Source of the DNA: a virus
Lineage: Duplodnaviria > Heunggongvirae > Uroviricota > Caudoviricetes
Direction: 5' to 3' (one strand)
DNA length: 64,000 bases
Virus record (IMG/VR): IMGVR_UViG_3300035696_000002
Part shown: positions 28,699-38,119 of the stretch, one piece after another
Numbering within the stretch: position 1 is the first letter of the stretch
Layout: every line of letters starts with the position of its first letter
The notes under the pieces: generated by a model
Seen by the model: the letters and a program-made list of their open reading frames with translations, nothing else
What the model was told of the DNA's origin: nothing
Databases searched by the model: none
Position numbers and translations under genes: made by a program

Positions 28699-29140
28699 CT
28701 GGGTTGTTGCTCGTTACCTTGGCGAACTTATTCAACTGCTCGGCAGCATTCAATAAAAACTCTGGATTTTCCTTGAAGTTGTCCAATCCCTTGTCGCAAC
28801 TCGTGCAAAGGAGTTTCTTCACTTGCCCGAAGACGTGAAGGTGCGTGCCGCGATTGTAGAGGGCTAGGGCGGCTCCGCAGATCGCACACTGTTTGTTCTG
28901 GGAACGCCAAAGCTCCAAGTAGTCGTTCGGTTTCATGTTGTACTTGGCCGCGAGCAAGGCGTCGTAGGCCTGCACCTTTCCCCAGAACGTGCCGCCGTAG
29001 GAATTATGGCAGGTCTTGCAGTAATCCTGCTTGCCACTCGCGGTGCGTTTGTTCTCCCCGAAGGCGTCCAAGGGCAGCCATTTTTCGCACTTATTACACC
29101 ACTTCTCTTTGTCGTTGAACAGTCGTTTGCGTCCCCGCAT
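28619..29140 (-). CDS. Endonuclease VII-like protein, probably degenerate
   Basis: N-terminal KWCNKC...CKTC; CAICG...H.H..G.V..LLCTSCDKGL; GGAGG RBS. Confidence 0.8.
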   Translation of the reverse strand: MRGRKRLFNDKEKWCNKCEKWLPLDAFGENKRTASGKQDYCKTCHNSYGGTFWGKVQAYDALLAAKYNMKPNDYLELWRSQNKQCAICGAALALYNRGTHLHVFGQVKKLLCTSCDKGLDNFKENPEFLLNAAEQLNKFAKVTSNNPDDGGEKNPGADTSSKDDNQTGAKQPL

Positions 29141-29230
29141 AATCCCTCCTTCAAAACCCCTAATTAAGCATTTGAAATTAGCTGAATTTCTGACCGTAGG
29201 TAGAGGACATTTCCTCGAAGGACAAACATC

Positions 29231-30358
29231 ATGGGAGCACCTGTACTACAAACAACCAATTATGGTTTCCCGGCTCAGTACGCATCGAAGGTCGAGAACC
29301 TTTGGCCGAATCAACAGGGCGACAACGCATACGTCACAGCCTCGGCTGGTGACTGCCTCATCGCCGTCGCAATCGGTCTCAAGAGCTACGATCCGTTCGA
29401 TCTGTTTCACGGCTCCAGCCCGGTAACCCCGGCTGGCTGGGCGGCGGGTCTGAACGATTTCAATGCACAGCCCACCATCACGGACGGCTCCAGCGAGTCA
29501 TCCACGATCAGCAACATCGCTGAAACCGCTGGCAACGTCGTGACCTTGACGGTCTCGGCTGGTCAGTGGCAAGCTGGCGACCGCGTCAACCTCAGTGGTT
29601 TGACGACTGGCACGTGGCTCAACGGACAGAACCTCAGCTTGATCGCTGGCACATCCAGCACGTCACTGGTCTTCAATGACCCGACAATGCACGGTCTTCA
29701 GGCTTCGCACGCTGAGACAGGCACCGCAACGGAACTCGGCGGCAACGTTTGGACGCTCGGTTCCAGCATCAAGATCGCGGACTCAGACTACACGGTCTCG
29801 TCCGTTCCTCCGACTGCTCCGAACCCCTATCCTTCCAGCAAGTGGAGCCTTGACGGCTACTACCCCAGCATCTACATCTGGGTCGCTGAGAACGTACAGG
29901 GCGGCACCTACAAGGTCAACCTGAACTCCATGTACCAGCCGGGCATCACTGCCCCGCAGGACTGGTCGGGTGGTTCAGTGCCGATCTTCGACGGCGGCGT
30001 CAACTTCGGCGTGACCCGGTTCACGGGCATGACGGCGGTTGCGGCAGACGGTTCGACCACGGGCATTTCGTCCGCGAACCCGGCTGTCGGCTCTCCGGCA
30101 ATCGTCACCACGGGCACGGGCGACCTCGTTTTCGTCGTCGGTCTCCAGAAGAGTGCCAACGGCCTCGGCCTTGGTACAGACGCGACCTTGACGGCTCCGG
30201 GCTACAGCCGCGTGTTCAACGGCAAGCTGGTCGGTTCGGAAGCTCACTACCTCGTGCAGTGGGGCATCCAGACGGCGGCAGGCTCTTACACGCCGCAGTT
30301 TGCTAACCCGCTCGGCTACGAGACGGTACTTGCAGCAATCGCCCTGTCGCACTCATAA
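29231..30358 (+). CDS. Putative virion surface protein
   Basis: 375 aa beta-rich; contains one copy of the repeat domain found in the 39479 gene. Confidence 0.7.
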   Translation: MGAPVLQTTNYGFPAQYASKVENLWPNQQGDNAYVTASAGDCLIAVAIGLKSYDPFDLFHGSSPVTPAGWAAGLNDFNAQPTITDGSSESSTISNIAETAGNVVTLTVSAGQWQAGDRVNLSGLTTGTWLNGQNLSLIAGTSSTSLVFNDPTMHGLQASHAETGTATELGGNVWTLGSSIKIADSDYTVSSVPPTAPNPYPSSKWSLDGYYPSIYIWVAENVQGGTYKVNLNSMYQPGITAPQDWSGGSVPIFDGGVNFGVTRFTGMTAVAADGSTTGISSANPAVGSPAIVTTGTGDLVFVVGLQKSANGLGLGTDATLTAPGYSRVFNGKLVGSEAHYLVQWGIQTAAGSYTPQFANPLGYETVLAAIALSHS

Positions 30359-30380
30359 CCTGAGTAGGGCACAACGCGAA

Positions 30381-30413
30381 GCGGGCTCCCAAACCGGGAG
30401 CCCGTTTTTATTT
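30381..30413 (+). terminator. Intrinsic terminator
   Basis: gcgggctccc/gggagcccgt followed by TTTTATTT. Confidence 0.85.
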
Positions 30414-30509
30414 GTCGCGAATCCGCTGAAATCCTGAAAAATCCGGTATTAGATATTGCGAACAATGGGTCAATAAGTCAAAATTTCCCATTTTTACTGG
30501 CAAAAATTC

Positions 30510-31247
30510 ATGAGCGAGAACACCCCGTACTTTGATTCCATCACATCCGCCCGTGCCATGCTCCTCAACGAAGAGGATCAGCTTGAAGGCACGACAACCA
30601 TCTCACTCGAAACTTGCAGCGACCTCGCCGAGGAGGATATCCTTACCTACGTGCAGGAAAATTTCGCAGAATTTCTGCGGATGCTCCGCTTCCTGAAAAA
30701 AGAGGATCAGGAGCTTTTGCTCTCGTACTACCTCTTGTCCAAAACCCAAAACACTCTCGCGATCATCCACAAGAGCACACAGACTGTATGCTCATTCCGC
30801 ATTCGCATGGCGGTGAAAGTGCTGGGAACGTTCATCATGATGGGTGAGCCCACGGCAGAAAAGATGCACGGAATTCTCGCCAAGGCCGGAGTTGAGGAAG
30901 GATTGGAGAAGGTTCAGCTTTCAAAAGTCGTAGAGTTGTACGCGAAGACCAGATCATTCCAGCGGATCGCAGAAATCTACGGCCTGCATCGCCCGGATAT
31001 TCGCCGTGCCATGAGCCGGGCATCCAAGCAGCTTATGGAGTCGAAAGACGCCCACGAGCACGCCATCGGAGCCTACATCCACTCCCTGATTGACAAGGCC
31101 AACCCCAGCGGCACCGGATATAGTAAGCGGAAAGTGTCGAAGCTGGGCCACATCTACCGCGTTGACCCGCCACTGCTCGGCGAATTCCGCATCAAGGTCG
31201 ATAACCCAGACTTCGACCACATGTTCGTCAGCCGGGCAAATCGCTAA
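30510..31247 (+). CDS. Sigma region-4-like / double-HTH transcription regulator
   Basis: LRFLKKEDQELLLSYYLLSKTQNTLAIIHKSTQTVCSFRIRMA and RSFQRIAEIYGLHRPDIRRAMSRA. Confidence 0.65.
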   Translation: MSENTPYFDSITSARAMLLNEEDQLEGTTTISLETCSDLAEEDILTYVQENFAEFLRMLRFLKKEDQELLLSYYLLSKTQNTLAIIHKSTQTVCSFRIRMAVKVLGTFIMMGEPTAEKMHGILAKAGVEEGLEKVQLSKVVELYAKTRSFQRIAEIYGLHRPDIRRAMSRASKQLMESKDAHEHAIGAYIHSLIDKANPSGTGYSKRKVSKLGHIYRVDPPLLGEFRIKVDNPDFDHMFVSRANR

Positions 31248-31250
31248 AAC

Positions 31251-31275
31251 AAAAAGGGGACGCTTAGCGTCCCCT
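31251..31275 (-). terminator. Intrinsic terminator between convergent genes
   Basis: aggggacgc/gcgtcccct stem with T-run on the minus strand. Confidence 0.75.
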
Positions 31276-31302
31276 CAGTTCTTCGTACACGTGGTACGTG
31301 AA

Positions 31303-32490
31303 TTACATTGCACCCGGAGGTGTCTGCTGCGGCTGCCGTTTCTTCCTCGGCCCGCCAGTGCCCATCACGTAGTTGACGAAAGTCTCTTCGTCAAACCGTG
31401 GGTTGTCTTGCAGTAGGGGCTGGCTGATGCGACGAGCAAAGGCTTCACGTGCTTCGGGAGCCATCGGAGTTTCCTTGATGGCGTCGGCGATCATGATGTA
31501 GTCCTTGCGGGACATGGCCTTCTTGATGATCGAGGTCAAAACTGCCCCGATTTTCGAAGACATCTTGTTGACTTCAGATTCACCCTGTGCCTGCGGAATG
31601 TCCTTCACGAAAGAAGGAGCGGGTTCGCCGTCCATCACACCACTCTGCTTGTTCACTTCGGATGAACCCTGCGATTGCGGGATGTCAGCGACGAAATCAC
31701 CAGCGGGCTTCTTCACTTCGCTGATGCTGTATTCCTGCTTGGTGGGTTCCTGCTCGGCTCCACGCTTGTTGCCACGCTTGTTGCCCTCGGCTTCGCCCTG
31801 TGCCTGCGGAATGTCCAGCTTGCCCGGCGTGCGGGGCTGGCCGGAATGGTCGCGATCATCGACGTAGGCGTCAGAGCCGGAACCTTCCTTGGCTTCCTCT
31901 TCATCGCCCTTTTCAAAGCTCGGAGTTTCAGGAGCAGCCTCTTCGACAACTTCCTCTTCCTTAGCTTCAAAACTCGGGCCTTCCTCTTCGGCTACTTCCT
32001 CGCCCTTCTCTTCACCCATTTCAAGCTCGTGCTTGCCTTCATCGGTGAATGCCTGTTCGGTCGGAGTCGCACCCAGATCAATACCGAGTGCTTCGGCGGC
32101 GATTTCCATGGCGGCTGCCTGTTCGTCGAGAGCCTTGTAGGCTTCCTGAAGGGCTGTTTCCAGCATATCAGGCTGCTCTTCGGCGAGCTTCTTCAGGCCA
32201 ACGCCGTAGTTCTTGGCAGCGGCAATACGGACGGCTGAGGACGCACCCTTGGGGGCACGAACGAGGTCACAGTGATCCATCAGATTCTCGAAGCCATAAG
32301 CCATCTTGTTCGCCGTCACGGCGATAGAACGGAACAGCTTTTCCAGCTTCTCCGGGGCCTTCTGGGCGGTCTGCTGCATCTTGGCATACTTGGAGACCTT
32401 CTCGGTCTTCCGTGCCTGCCTACGGGCCGCGATGCGGGCTCGAAGGGCTTCTTGCGGGGTTTTCGTCGTTTTTGCTGCCATTTTCCTCAC
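31303..32490 (-). CDS. Putative head scaffold-like/internal polyprotein
   Basis: Helical N-terminus, acidic linker, DIPQxQG repeats and C-terminal KKA|MSRKDY...DNPRFD module. Confidence 0.65.
   Translation of the reverse strand: MRKMAAKTTKTPQEALRARIAARRQARKTEKVSKYAKMQQTAQKAPEKLEKLFRSIAVTANKMAYGFENLMDHCDLVRAPKGASSAVRIAAAKNYGVGLKKLAEEQPDMLETALQEAYKALDEQAAAMEIAAEALGIDLGATPTEQAFTDEGKHELEMGEEKGEEVAEEEGPSFEAKEEEVVEEAAPETPSFEKGDEEEAKEGSGSDAYVDDRDHSGQPRTPGKLDIPQAQGEAEGNKRGNKRGAEQEPTKQEYSISEVKKPAGDFVADIPQSQGSSEVNKQSGVMDGEPAPSFVKDIPQAQGESEVNKMSSKIGAVLTSIIKKAMSRKDYIMIADAIKETPMAPEAREAFARRISQPLLQDNPRFDEETFVNYVMGTGGPRKKRQPQQTPPGAM
31561..31815 (-). repeat. Three intragenic DIPQ(A/S)QGxxExNK repeats
   Basis: DIPQAQGEAEGNK, DIPQSQGSSEVNK and DIPQAQGESEVNK. 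Confidence 0.8.
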
Positions 32491-32511
32491 CTCAACTAAA
32501 GGATTTGATAG

Positions 32512-35500
32512 TTACTCGGTTTGTGGGGCGTCAACTTGGGACGACCCCTGATTCGGAAGGTGAGGCGGGGTAGTGAAAACCCCAAAATAAATCTCATCTT
32601 CATGGTACTGCTGGTGGTACTTATCGTACTGAGCTTCGGCTTCTTCCCGTGTATCGAACACGTTGAACCAAACCTCAACGCCCTCATCCATCAACACGAA
32701 CCACTTACCGCTTACATTCGTCGGTTTGTGGTGTGTGATCTCGGCCCCAGTCTTAGACGGCACCGGAGTCGATTCAACCGCACTGCCGATCATAGCTTCC
32801 ATCTCATCAGGAGGAATCGGCGTGCCGCCAGTATCTTCGATCCACAGATTGACCATGCCCAACAGGCCACGGCAAACAGCGTTCATGTCTTCCATGTCCA
32901 CGCCCGGCTCCGGGAAGGCACCAAAAACCGCCTTACCCTTCGCTGAACTGAACTTGAAATATGGCCCAAGGCCCTCAGCTTCGTTTTGGCTGTTCATTCC
33001 CTCGACGAGGTAGTTGATCGCAAGACGCAATTCCTGCTTGGCCCCCTCCGCTGCTCCGGGGAGTACCGTGTCGAGAATCGTATAGGCGTTGAGCAACTGA
33101 CCGAGGACTTCACTCTGGGCAGTCTTCTGCGAAGACGTGTGCCCCTGATCGCTCAGGAACCCATCGGTCTGCTCTTCCTCACTGATGTCAGGAAGTTTTT
33201 GATCCGGGTGATATCCGTAGAAATCCATCCATTCACGGATGTGGGGCTCTTCCCCACGGCCATCACGAATAGCCTCATCAACCATGTCCTGCATGTAGAC
33301 GTTGCCGTCCGTGGTCAGAGGATTTTCAAGGAACACACCGCACTTATCACAGTGCTGCGGGCCGTCTGCGGCACCGCCGCCGTTCGGGTATGGGCCTTTC
33401 GGGTAATCGTCCGAGTCGAACGTGTGCTCATCAGCCGGATTCGCCGGAGGCTGCAACTGCTTCATGGTCTCACGGGCACATTCGTCGCAGACGAGGGCTG
33501 CCTGATAGATGTATGCCTGCTTGCTCGCGACCTTCGCGACTTCTAGTCCGCCCAAACTTGCCATATAGAACCTCTGATTCGGTAACTCCGGTGGGATGTG
33601 CTTCCTCTCTGGCTGCTTCGGAGGCTCGCCAGCCCCGGAGCCACTTTCCGGGTCTTGCTGATTCAGCAAAATGGAAGTCATCGGCCCCTGTTGCTGCTGT
33701 TGCTGGGCATTTTCTTGCGGAACCGCAGCACCGCCAGCGGGGGCACCGACACCAGATTGGGCGGCTTCCTTCGAGGCTGTTGACGACAACTGATTGTTCT
33801 CCACCTGACTGAAATCCTGACTGTACGGATTCACCGGGTCTTGTGCCTGCGTGTCCGACACCTCGCGATCACTTACTTCGTTGCTCGGATTCCGAGGTGC
33901 AACGTAAGGAGCATTCGGCGAATGTGGGCCGGGCTCGGTCAGATCACTGCCTACACGCACACGTCCAGTCGTATCCGAGTGCATTTCGCGACCCGTATCA
34001 CCCGGCATAGTCTGCGGACGAATGGCGTTGTAGAAATCGTGGCCGAGGTCGCCCTCTTTCAACATGCCGCCCTCAACTTCCTTCCTGTACGCATCCCATT
34101 TCTGATCTTCAGGAACGCCCGGCAGATGTTCTCCGCCGTCCTTGCACGGACGCAGGTTGCACGTTACGCATTCAAGGCAACGCGGGCAGTACAGATGCGT
34201 GCGGTTGGCAATCTCCCAGTCCTCTTCTGCATGCTGAGGCTCTTCAGAGACATCGTCCAAGCCTTCCCAATAGCCTTCGGGCCGCTGCAACTTCAGCCGT
34301 TCAGCTTTTTCTTCAGGACTCTCGTCCGCTTTCTTGGGATAAAGCTTCTCCAACGTCTCGTCGAAATTCTTACTGTAGACCGGGCATTCCATCTTGTGGT
34401 GCCCCGTAACAGAACCGCAGCACGGCAATGCCGGGCCAAGGGAAGTAGCCCGCTTGTCCGAGGTCATTTTAACCTGCCGTTGTGGGTTGTCATCCTGATC
34501 TTGCTGTACCTGTTGCTGACCTTGAGGCGTATTGACTTGCTGCGGGCCTTGCTGATCGACTTGCGGAGCTTGCTGATCGGCGGGGACTGCATCAACTTCG
34601 TCAGTGATGGTCATCTGGTTTTGGGTTGGCGTTTGAGATACCGTTTCGCCCTTACCGGAGAGCAGATTCATCGCTGAAATTCCAGTTGTGACCGCAACGG
34701 AGAGCACAAGCTGCTGGGCAGCGAGTTTCCAGAACGCTCTGAAGCGGTCTGTGCCCTGTTGCTGGGCGTAGCTATCCAATGTCGCAAGGGAAGTAACGCC
34801 CTTCTTCTCCAAAATGGATTCAGCTTTCTGAACGAGCGAGGAGCCGTCGCCAAAATATTCCTGCCACTTATTGCCCAGCCACTTGCCAAGCATCAACACA
34901 ACCCACGACCCAAGGAGGGTTGCAAGCTGCGGATCGAATGCGGCTTTCTTCGGGTGCCGTGATTCAAGCTTCTTGCGTACCGCTTCGCGATCTTCTGATT
35001 CCTCACGCACACCATTGACGTATGCGTAGTACACGGTCTTACCGTCACGCATGAGTTCGCCAATTTCTTCTCGGCGATCATCTGCATACGCCTGCTTGTC
35101 CATGGCGAATAGGTGGTTAATCGAGGCAGCGTGCTGGCCTTTCCACAACGGGAAAGCATGTTGCGGACGCTTCAAACGCCCGTCATTCGTGAAATTGAAT
35201 GCGTAGTTACGAATCCACTCGTCGTCCACGATCATCGGAATGACTGGGTGATTGTGCCCTTCCGCTGCGGCGTCAGCCACGAACGGATTGTTGATGTCAC
35301 AATTCGGGCATTCTTTCCATGTCTCAGCCCGGTGCGGGTTGTCCTTTGTCCACCGACGCGGGAAAGCATCCAATACCTGCTCACGCATCTCTGGTGTGAG
35401 TTCATCACCACGAATAAGGCGAGCGGTCTTCGTACTGCCATTCTTCACGCCTGAGTCCATATCCTGATACGCAGAGAGGTAGGCGTCAAGTGAGGCTGTA

Positions 35501-37788
35501 GAACGGCTCAGATCGTTGCTTCTTGCTTTACCATCAATCAGCGGTGCCCAGAACTCATTCATACCGTGAGTCACGATGATGATCTGAACATCGTTGTACG
35601 GATTTCTCCAAACTTCATCACCACTCGGAGTCGGCTGAGCAGGGTGATACCCATTTTCACCAAGAACCAAACGCCACTCATCAGCGAGAGGCTTGGATGC
35701 CGCCTCTTTTTCCGGCAGATCGGCGAGCATAAGCTCTTCGTGGGTCTTCAAGTTGAAGATCGCAATCTGGTCGTGTTCTTTACCGAGAGCGATGGCGGTG
35801 TCGCGGTCGGCAATTGTCTGAACCACATCGAAGTATGTCTGCCCGGAGTTGGCCCACGTACCGATGCTGCTGGTGGGATCATTCATGGCCGTCTGCACAC
35901 CCTGCGACTCAACGTACTGCTTGACCTGTGCCGGAGCGATCTGTGCCCCATTCTCAATTACCTGAAGGTCTTTGCGAATGCTGACAGACCACATGTCGGT
36001 ACCGTCAAGGTTTCCCATCTTCGGATGGAACGTGGAGCCGCCGTGCTGGTTGTGATACTGGGCAATCTGGGAGTAAAAATCATCCGCCGTCGCAGCGACT
36101 TTCTCCGAAGACAGAATGCGGATGTCCTTGGCAGGCAGATTCGCTTGCGTTGCTTCCAGACACGACTGGCAGTAACGGGTTTTGGTACCGAAAATCTCCA
36201 ACAGGTGGGCGGCAGGATTCATGCAACCACCAGCCTTGTGGCCCAGCGGGCACTTCTCCCACTCACAGGAGCACTGGCCAAGGTTCTGCGGGACACGGTT
36301 TCGATTGAACCACTCGCCGGGCTGCCAATCACGTGTAGCGGGATTCGGATCAGGATCAGCGGCAGTCTTTTCGTCTTCAGTGTGGATCACCATCACGGGC
36401 TCCCACTTCTGATAGTCCTCTTCGTCCTGATTCAAGGCAACATTGCTGCCCTGATTGTGTTCACGGAATTTCTCTGCGTCTTCAGGGGAGAAGAATGCTT
36501 CCTTCGAAGCTCCGTGTTGCTCACGATAAATCTGATCTTCAGTCTTGCGAACGAGGCCCAACTGTTCGGGAGATTTCGGCTTACCACGCTGTGGCATTTT
36601 CGAAATGAGATCGCCCGCTGGTGTGGCTTCTTTTTCAGCAGCAGACAGCGTAATCGGGGCAACCGTTTCCTTGTTAGCCTCGGCAACATCTCCGTCGATA
36701 CCCTCAGCCAAGTGCAGCGAAGACGCACGGGCAGGCACACCCTTCGGCTTGGTCTCGGTCATGTTGCGGACAAGATTGATGAACACGTTGGAATCTTCGT
36801 AGTAGTCGCCGCGTTCACGGACGAACGATGAGATCAGCCCGGCCAAATCGCCGAGATAAGCCTTCAAACTGCCGAGGCTCAGCCCCGTCTCTTTTTCCCA
36901 CTGGGGCAGCATCTCATTCCGCTTGGGCTTAGTACCATGGCTCATGACACTTTCCCAGATCATATCAAACAGGAAGAGATACTGCCCTGCGGTGGTGTAG
37001 GCCTGCTCGTTCTGGCCGTACTTCTTGACTAACCACTTGCCAAAATCTTCTTTGAACTTTTCAACATCGAGATCAGCTTCAACATCCCCAGCCCGGCTCG
37101 GTGTCGCGTACTGCTCGGTCTCAAGAATATTGGTTTCTTCACCTTCGTCAGTGCCCTCATCCTGCATGGACACTTCCTGCTCGGGCTGCATCTTGTTGAT
37201 GTACTCTTGGAAGTCGCCGCGATCACGCATCCAGATGAACGTCTGCCACAGGAAGTGGCTCACCTGACGGGCGAGCGGTTCCTTCTGGACTTTATCGGGG
37301 AATTTCTTGATAGCATTCTGGAAGTTCGCGAGGACGTTGCGGTCTTCGAGGGCCTTGAGAACGCCGAAGTGGATGGCTTCATCCTTCAAATCATCGTCGC
37401 CCTTGAGATGACGACCGATGGTCGAGGCCAGCCAGCTAGACCAATTCATCTTGTCGTCAACAGGGAGCCCGGCCTTTTGGATGTAGCTCTTGACGTAGCG
37501 GTCGAAGTCCTTGTTGTAAGCGACATGGAACCGCATCCACGCCCCGAAGTGGGCCATGGTGACGTTGATTGGGTGGAAGTCGGCGGGAGTCGGAATAGAC
37601 TCCCCCTGTAGATTGGCCAGCTTTACTTTGACCCCAGTGGGGCCGCTGACCATAGATGCGACCCGGTATTTCGTCCCGTCGAGGACGGTGACGATACGCC
37701 CCGGAACGATCAGGTGGGAGAATTTCCTAAAATCCGCCGCCTTGGGCTCAGCGAGTGCGTCGCCCAAAATGTTCGCGGCGTGCTTCAT
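32512..37788 (-). CDS. Putative internal head polyprotein (1758 aa)
   Basis: Sigma-like N-terminal part, then more than ten unrelated modules bounded by K-x-A. Confidence 0.7.
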   Translation of the reverse strand: MKHAANILGDALAEPKAADFRKFSHLIVPGRIVTVLDGTKYRVASMVSGPTGVKVKLANLQGESIPTPADFHPINVTMAHFGAWMRFHVAYNKDFDRYVKSYIQKAGLPVDDKMNWSSWLASTIGRHLKGDDDLKDEAIHFGVLKALEDRNVLANFQNAIKKFPDKVQKEPLARQVSHFLWQTFIWMRDRGDFQEYINKMQPEQEVSMQDEGTDEGEETNILETEQYATPSRAGDVEADLDVEKFKEDFGKWLVKKYGQNEQAYTTAGQYLFLFDMIWESVMSHGTKPKRNEMLPQWEKETGLSLGSLKAYLGDLAGLISSFVRERGDYYEDSNVFINLVRNMTETKPKGVPARASSLHLAEGIDGDVAEANKETVAPITLSAAEKEATPAGDLISKMPQRGKPKSPEQLGLVRKTEDQIYREQHGASKEAFFSPEDAEKFREHNQGSNVALNQDEEDYQKWEPVMVIHTEDEKTAADPDPNPATRDWQPGEWFNRNRVPQNLGQCSCEWEKCPLGHKAGGCMNPAAHLLEIFGTKTRYCQSCLEATQANLPAKDIRILSSEKVAATADDFYSQIAQYHNQHGGSTFHPKMGNLDGTDMWSVSIRKDLQVIENGAQIAPAQVKQYVESQGVQTAMNDPTSSIGTWANSGQTYFDVVQTIADRDTAIALGKEHDQIAIFNLKTHEELMLADLPEKEAASKPLADEWRLVLGENGYHPAQPTPSGDEVWRNPYNDVQIIIVTHGMNEFWAPLIDGKARSNDLSRSTASLDAYLSAYQDMDSGVKNGSTKTARLIRGDELTPEMREQVLDAFPRRWTKDNPHRAETWKECPNCDINNPFVADAAAEGHNHPVIPMIVDDEWIRNYAFNFTNDGRLKRPQHAFPLWKGQHAASINHLFAMDKQAYADDRREEIGELMRDGKTVYYAYVNGVREESEDREAVRKKLESRHPKKAAFDPQLATLLGSWVVLMLGKWLGNKWQEYFGDGSSLVQKAESILEKKGVTSLATLDSYAQQQGTDRFRAFWKLAAQQLVLSVAVTTGISAMNLLSGKGETVSQTPTQNQMTITDEVDAVPADQQAPQVDQQGPQQVNTPQGQQQVQQDQDDNPQRQVKMTSDKRATSLGPALPCCGSVTGHHKMECPVYSKNFDETLEKLYPKKADESPEEKAERLKLQRPEGYWEGLDDVSEEPQHAEEDWEIANRTHLYCPRCLECVTCNLRPCKDGGEHLPGVPEDQKWDAYRKEVEGGMLKEGDLGHDFYNAIRPQTMPGDTGREMHSDTTGRVRVGSDLTEPGPHSPNAPYVAPRNPSNEVSDREVSDTQAQDPVNPYSQDFSQVENNQLSSTASKEAAQSGVGAPAGGAAVPQENAQQQQQQGPMTSILLNQQDPESGSGAGEPPKQPERKHIPPELPNQRFYMASLGGLEVAKVASKQAYIYQAALVCDECARETMKQLQPPANPADEHTFDSDDYPKGPYPNGGGAADGPQHCDKCGVFLENPLTTDGNVYMQDMVDEAIRDGRGEEPHIREWMDFYGYHPDQKLPDISEEEQTDGFLSDQGHTSSQKTAQSEVLGQLLNAYTILDTVLPGAAEGAKQELRLAINYLVEGMNSQNEAEGLGPYFKFSSAKGKAVFGAFPEPGVDMEDMNAVCRGLLGMVNLWIEDTGGTPIPPDEMEAMIGSAVESTPVPSKTGAEITHHKPTNVSGKWFVLMDEGVEVWFNVFDTREEAEAQYDKYHQQYHEDEIYFGVFTTPPHLPNQGSSQVDAPQTE

Positions 37789-37797
37789 CGGTCTCCC

Positions 37798-38037
37798 TTA
37801 GTCGGTGATCGGGTCGTTCGGGTTTCCGCCAGACTTTTCGTCTTCGGCCAGAGCGGACTTCAGGGTCTCAAGATACTTGTCGTGATCTTCGAAAGCCTGC
37901 GGATCGTGGGAAATGCCGCCCACTTCTTCCTTGCCGTCCTTGCCTTCAGCAGCAACCTTGCCGCCGAGACGGGAAATTTCACCCGCGTACAGCGAGTTCA
38001 TTGCGTCGTTGTCAACTTGTGCGATCTTCTTAGCCAT
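37798..38037 (-). CDS. Small acidic putative head protein
   Basis: 79 aa with AGGAG RBS; starts MAKKIA; contains KVA and KSA. Confidence 0.6.
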   Translation of the reverse strand: MAKKIAQVDNDAMNSLYAGEISRLGGKVAAEGKDGKEEVGGISHDPQAFEDHDKYLETLKSALAEDEKSGGNPNDPITD

Positions 38038-38119
38038 GGTACGTTTCTCCTGATGGATGCCGGAGAAAGGGCATCCTAGAAATGGGTCGGATAGTCTGGG
38101 TTTTCTTTAGCTTGCCGTG

